Below the pieces are notes generated by a model, which ran no database searches, was not told where the DNA came from, and saw only the letters and a program-made list of their open reading frames with translations. A stretch of 63,261 nucleotides of DNA, the filler included, from Octopus bimaculoides (Eukaryota), in the NCBI RefSeq assembly GCF_001194135.2. It is 7 parts of 6 records of this genome, joined end to end, with 100 filler letters (N's around TTAATTAATTAA, not from the genome) between each part and the next. Parts side by side here need not be neighbours in the genome. Positions count along the whole stretch, not along the records: positions 62,014 to 63,261 come from NC_069002.1; 6 more parts are not named here. One strand, 5' to 3'. The translations under genes were made by a program, and so were the position numbers. This document shows positions 63,001 through 63,261 of this stretch, one piece after another. Each line of letters begins with the position of its first letter. Position 1 is the first letter of the stretch.

Positions 63001-63245
63001 TAAAGCAATCAAGTTGGGTGTGGAAGCAGTGAAGGTTGCCTGGAGGTGGCTGTAGATCAGGAGGTGCGAGTCATGGAAGGGGAGTGCTCCCAGGGGTAAT
63101 GCTAACTTGGCATAAACTGCGGCATGATCAACCCCGGCCAGATCACCTAAGTGAGAGTGCCAGATGTTGAAGGAACCGAAACGCCTAATAAGCCCAGGAA
63201 TCATTACTGGTGAAGTGTCCAGGCACATGAGAGGATGATGTAAGG
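63001..63245 (+). mobile_element. Possible Hero-like (restriction-like endonuclease) non-LTR element 3' end
   Basis: KAIKLGVEAVKVAWRWL*IRR..W resembles recalled Hero ORF termini; followed by a UTR with cgaaac..ctggtgaagtgtcc. Confidence 0.4.
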
Positions 63246-63261
63246 AAAAACTCAATATATA

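Overview
AT-rich eukaryotic (animal) genomic DNA from a gapped draft assembly. It has many N runs, several containing the artificial linker TTAATTAATTAA, and is saturated with (CA)n/(TA)n/(CATA)n/(AAT)n microsatellites. The microsatellite load and SINE repertoire are most consistent with an octopod cephalopod (inference). Nearly all of the supplied ORFs are microsatellite or gap artefacts. The window is mostly repeats: at least four tRNA-headed SINE families; decayed RTE, CR1-like, Tx1/L1-like, Hero-like and Penelope-like (PLE) retroelement fragments; Tc1, mariner, maT-like, rosa-like (DD41D) and MULE DNA-transposon remnants; and several foldback elements. The only convincing host coding sequence is one terminal exon (17613-18190, +) encoding a divergent VWA domain. 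The most striking signal is a set of type I hammerhead ribozyme (HHR) motifs. Two have a fully canonical core and lie in opposite orientations (52551-52626 minus; 52952-53027 plus) inside a young, non-coding, retrozyme-like element whose arms imply a ~460-nt circularly permuted monomer. One near-canonical minimal HHR lies at 45799-45847. A tRNA-headed SINE family (4 copies, in two head-to-head pairs) has an HHR-like consensus in its tail. A 5'-inverted RTE LINE with an 11-bp TSD shows textbook twin-priming geometry. All homology calls are by eye, without database searches.
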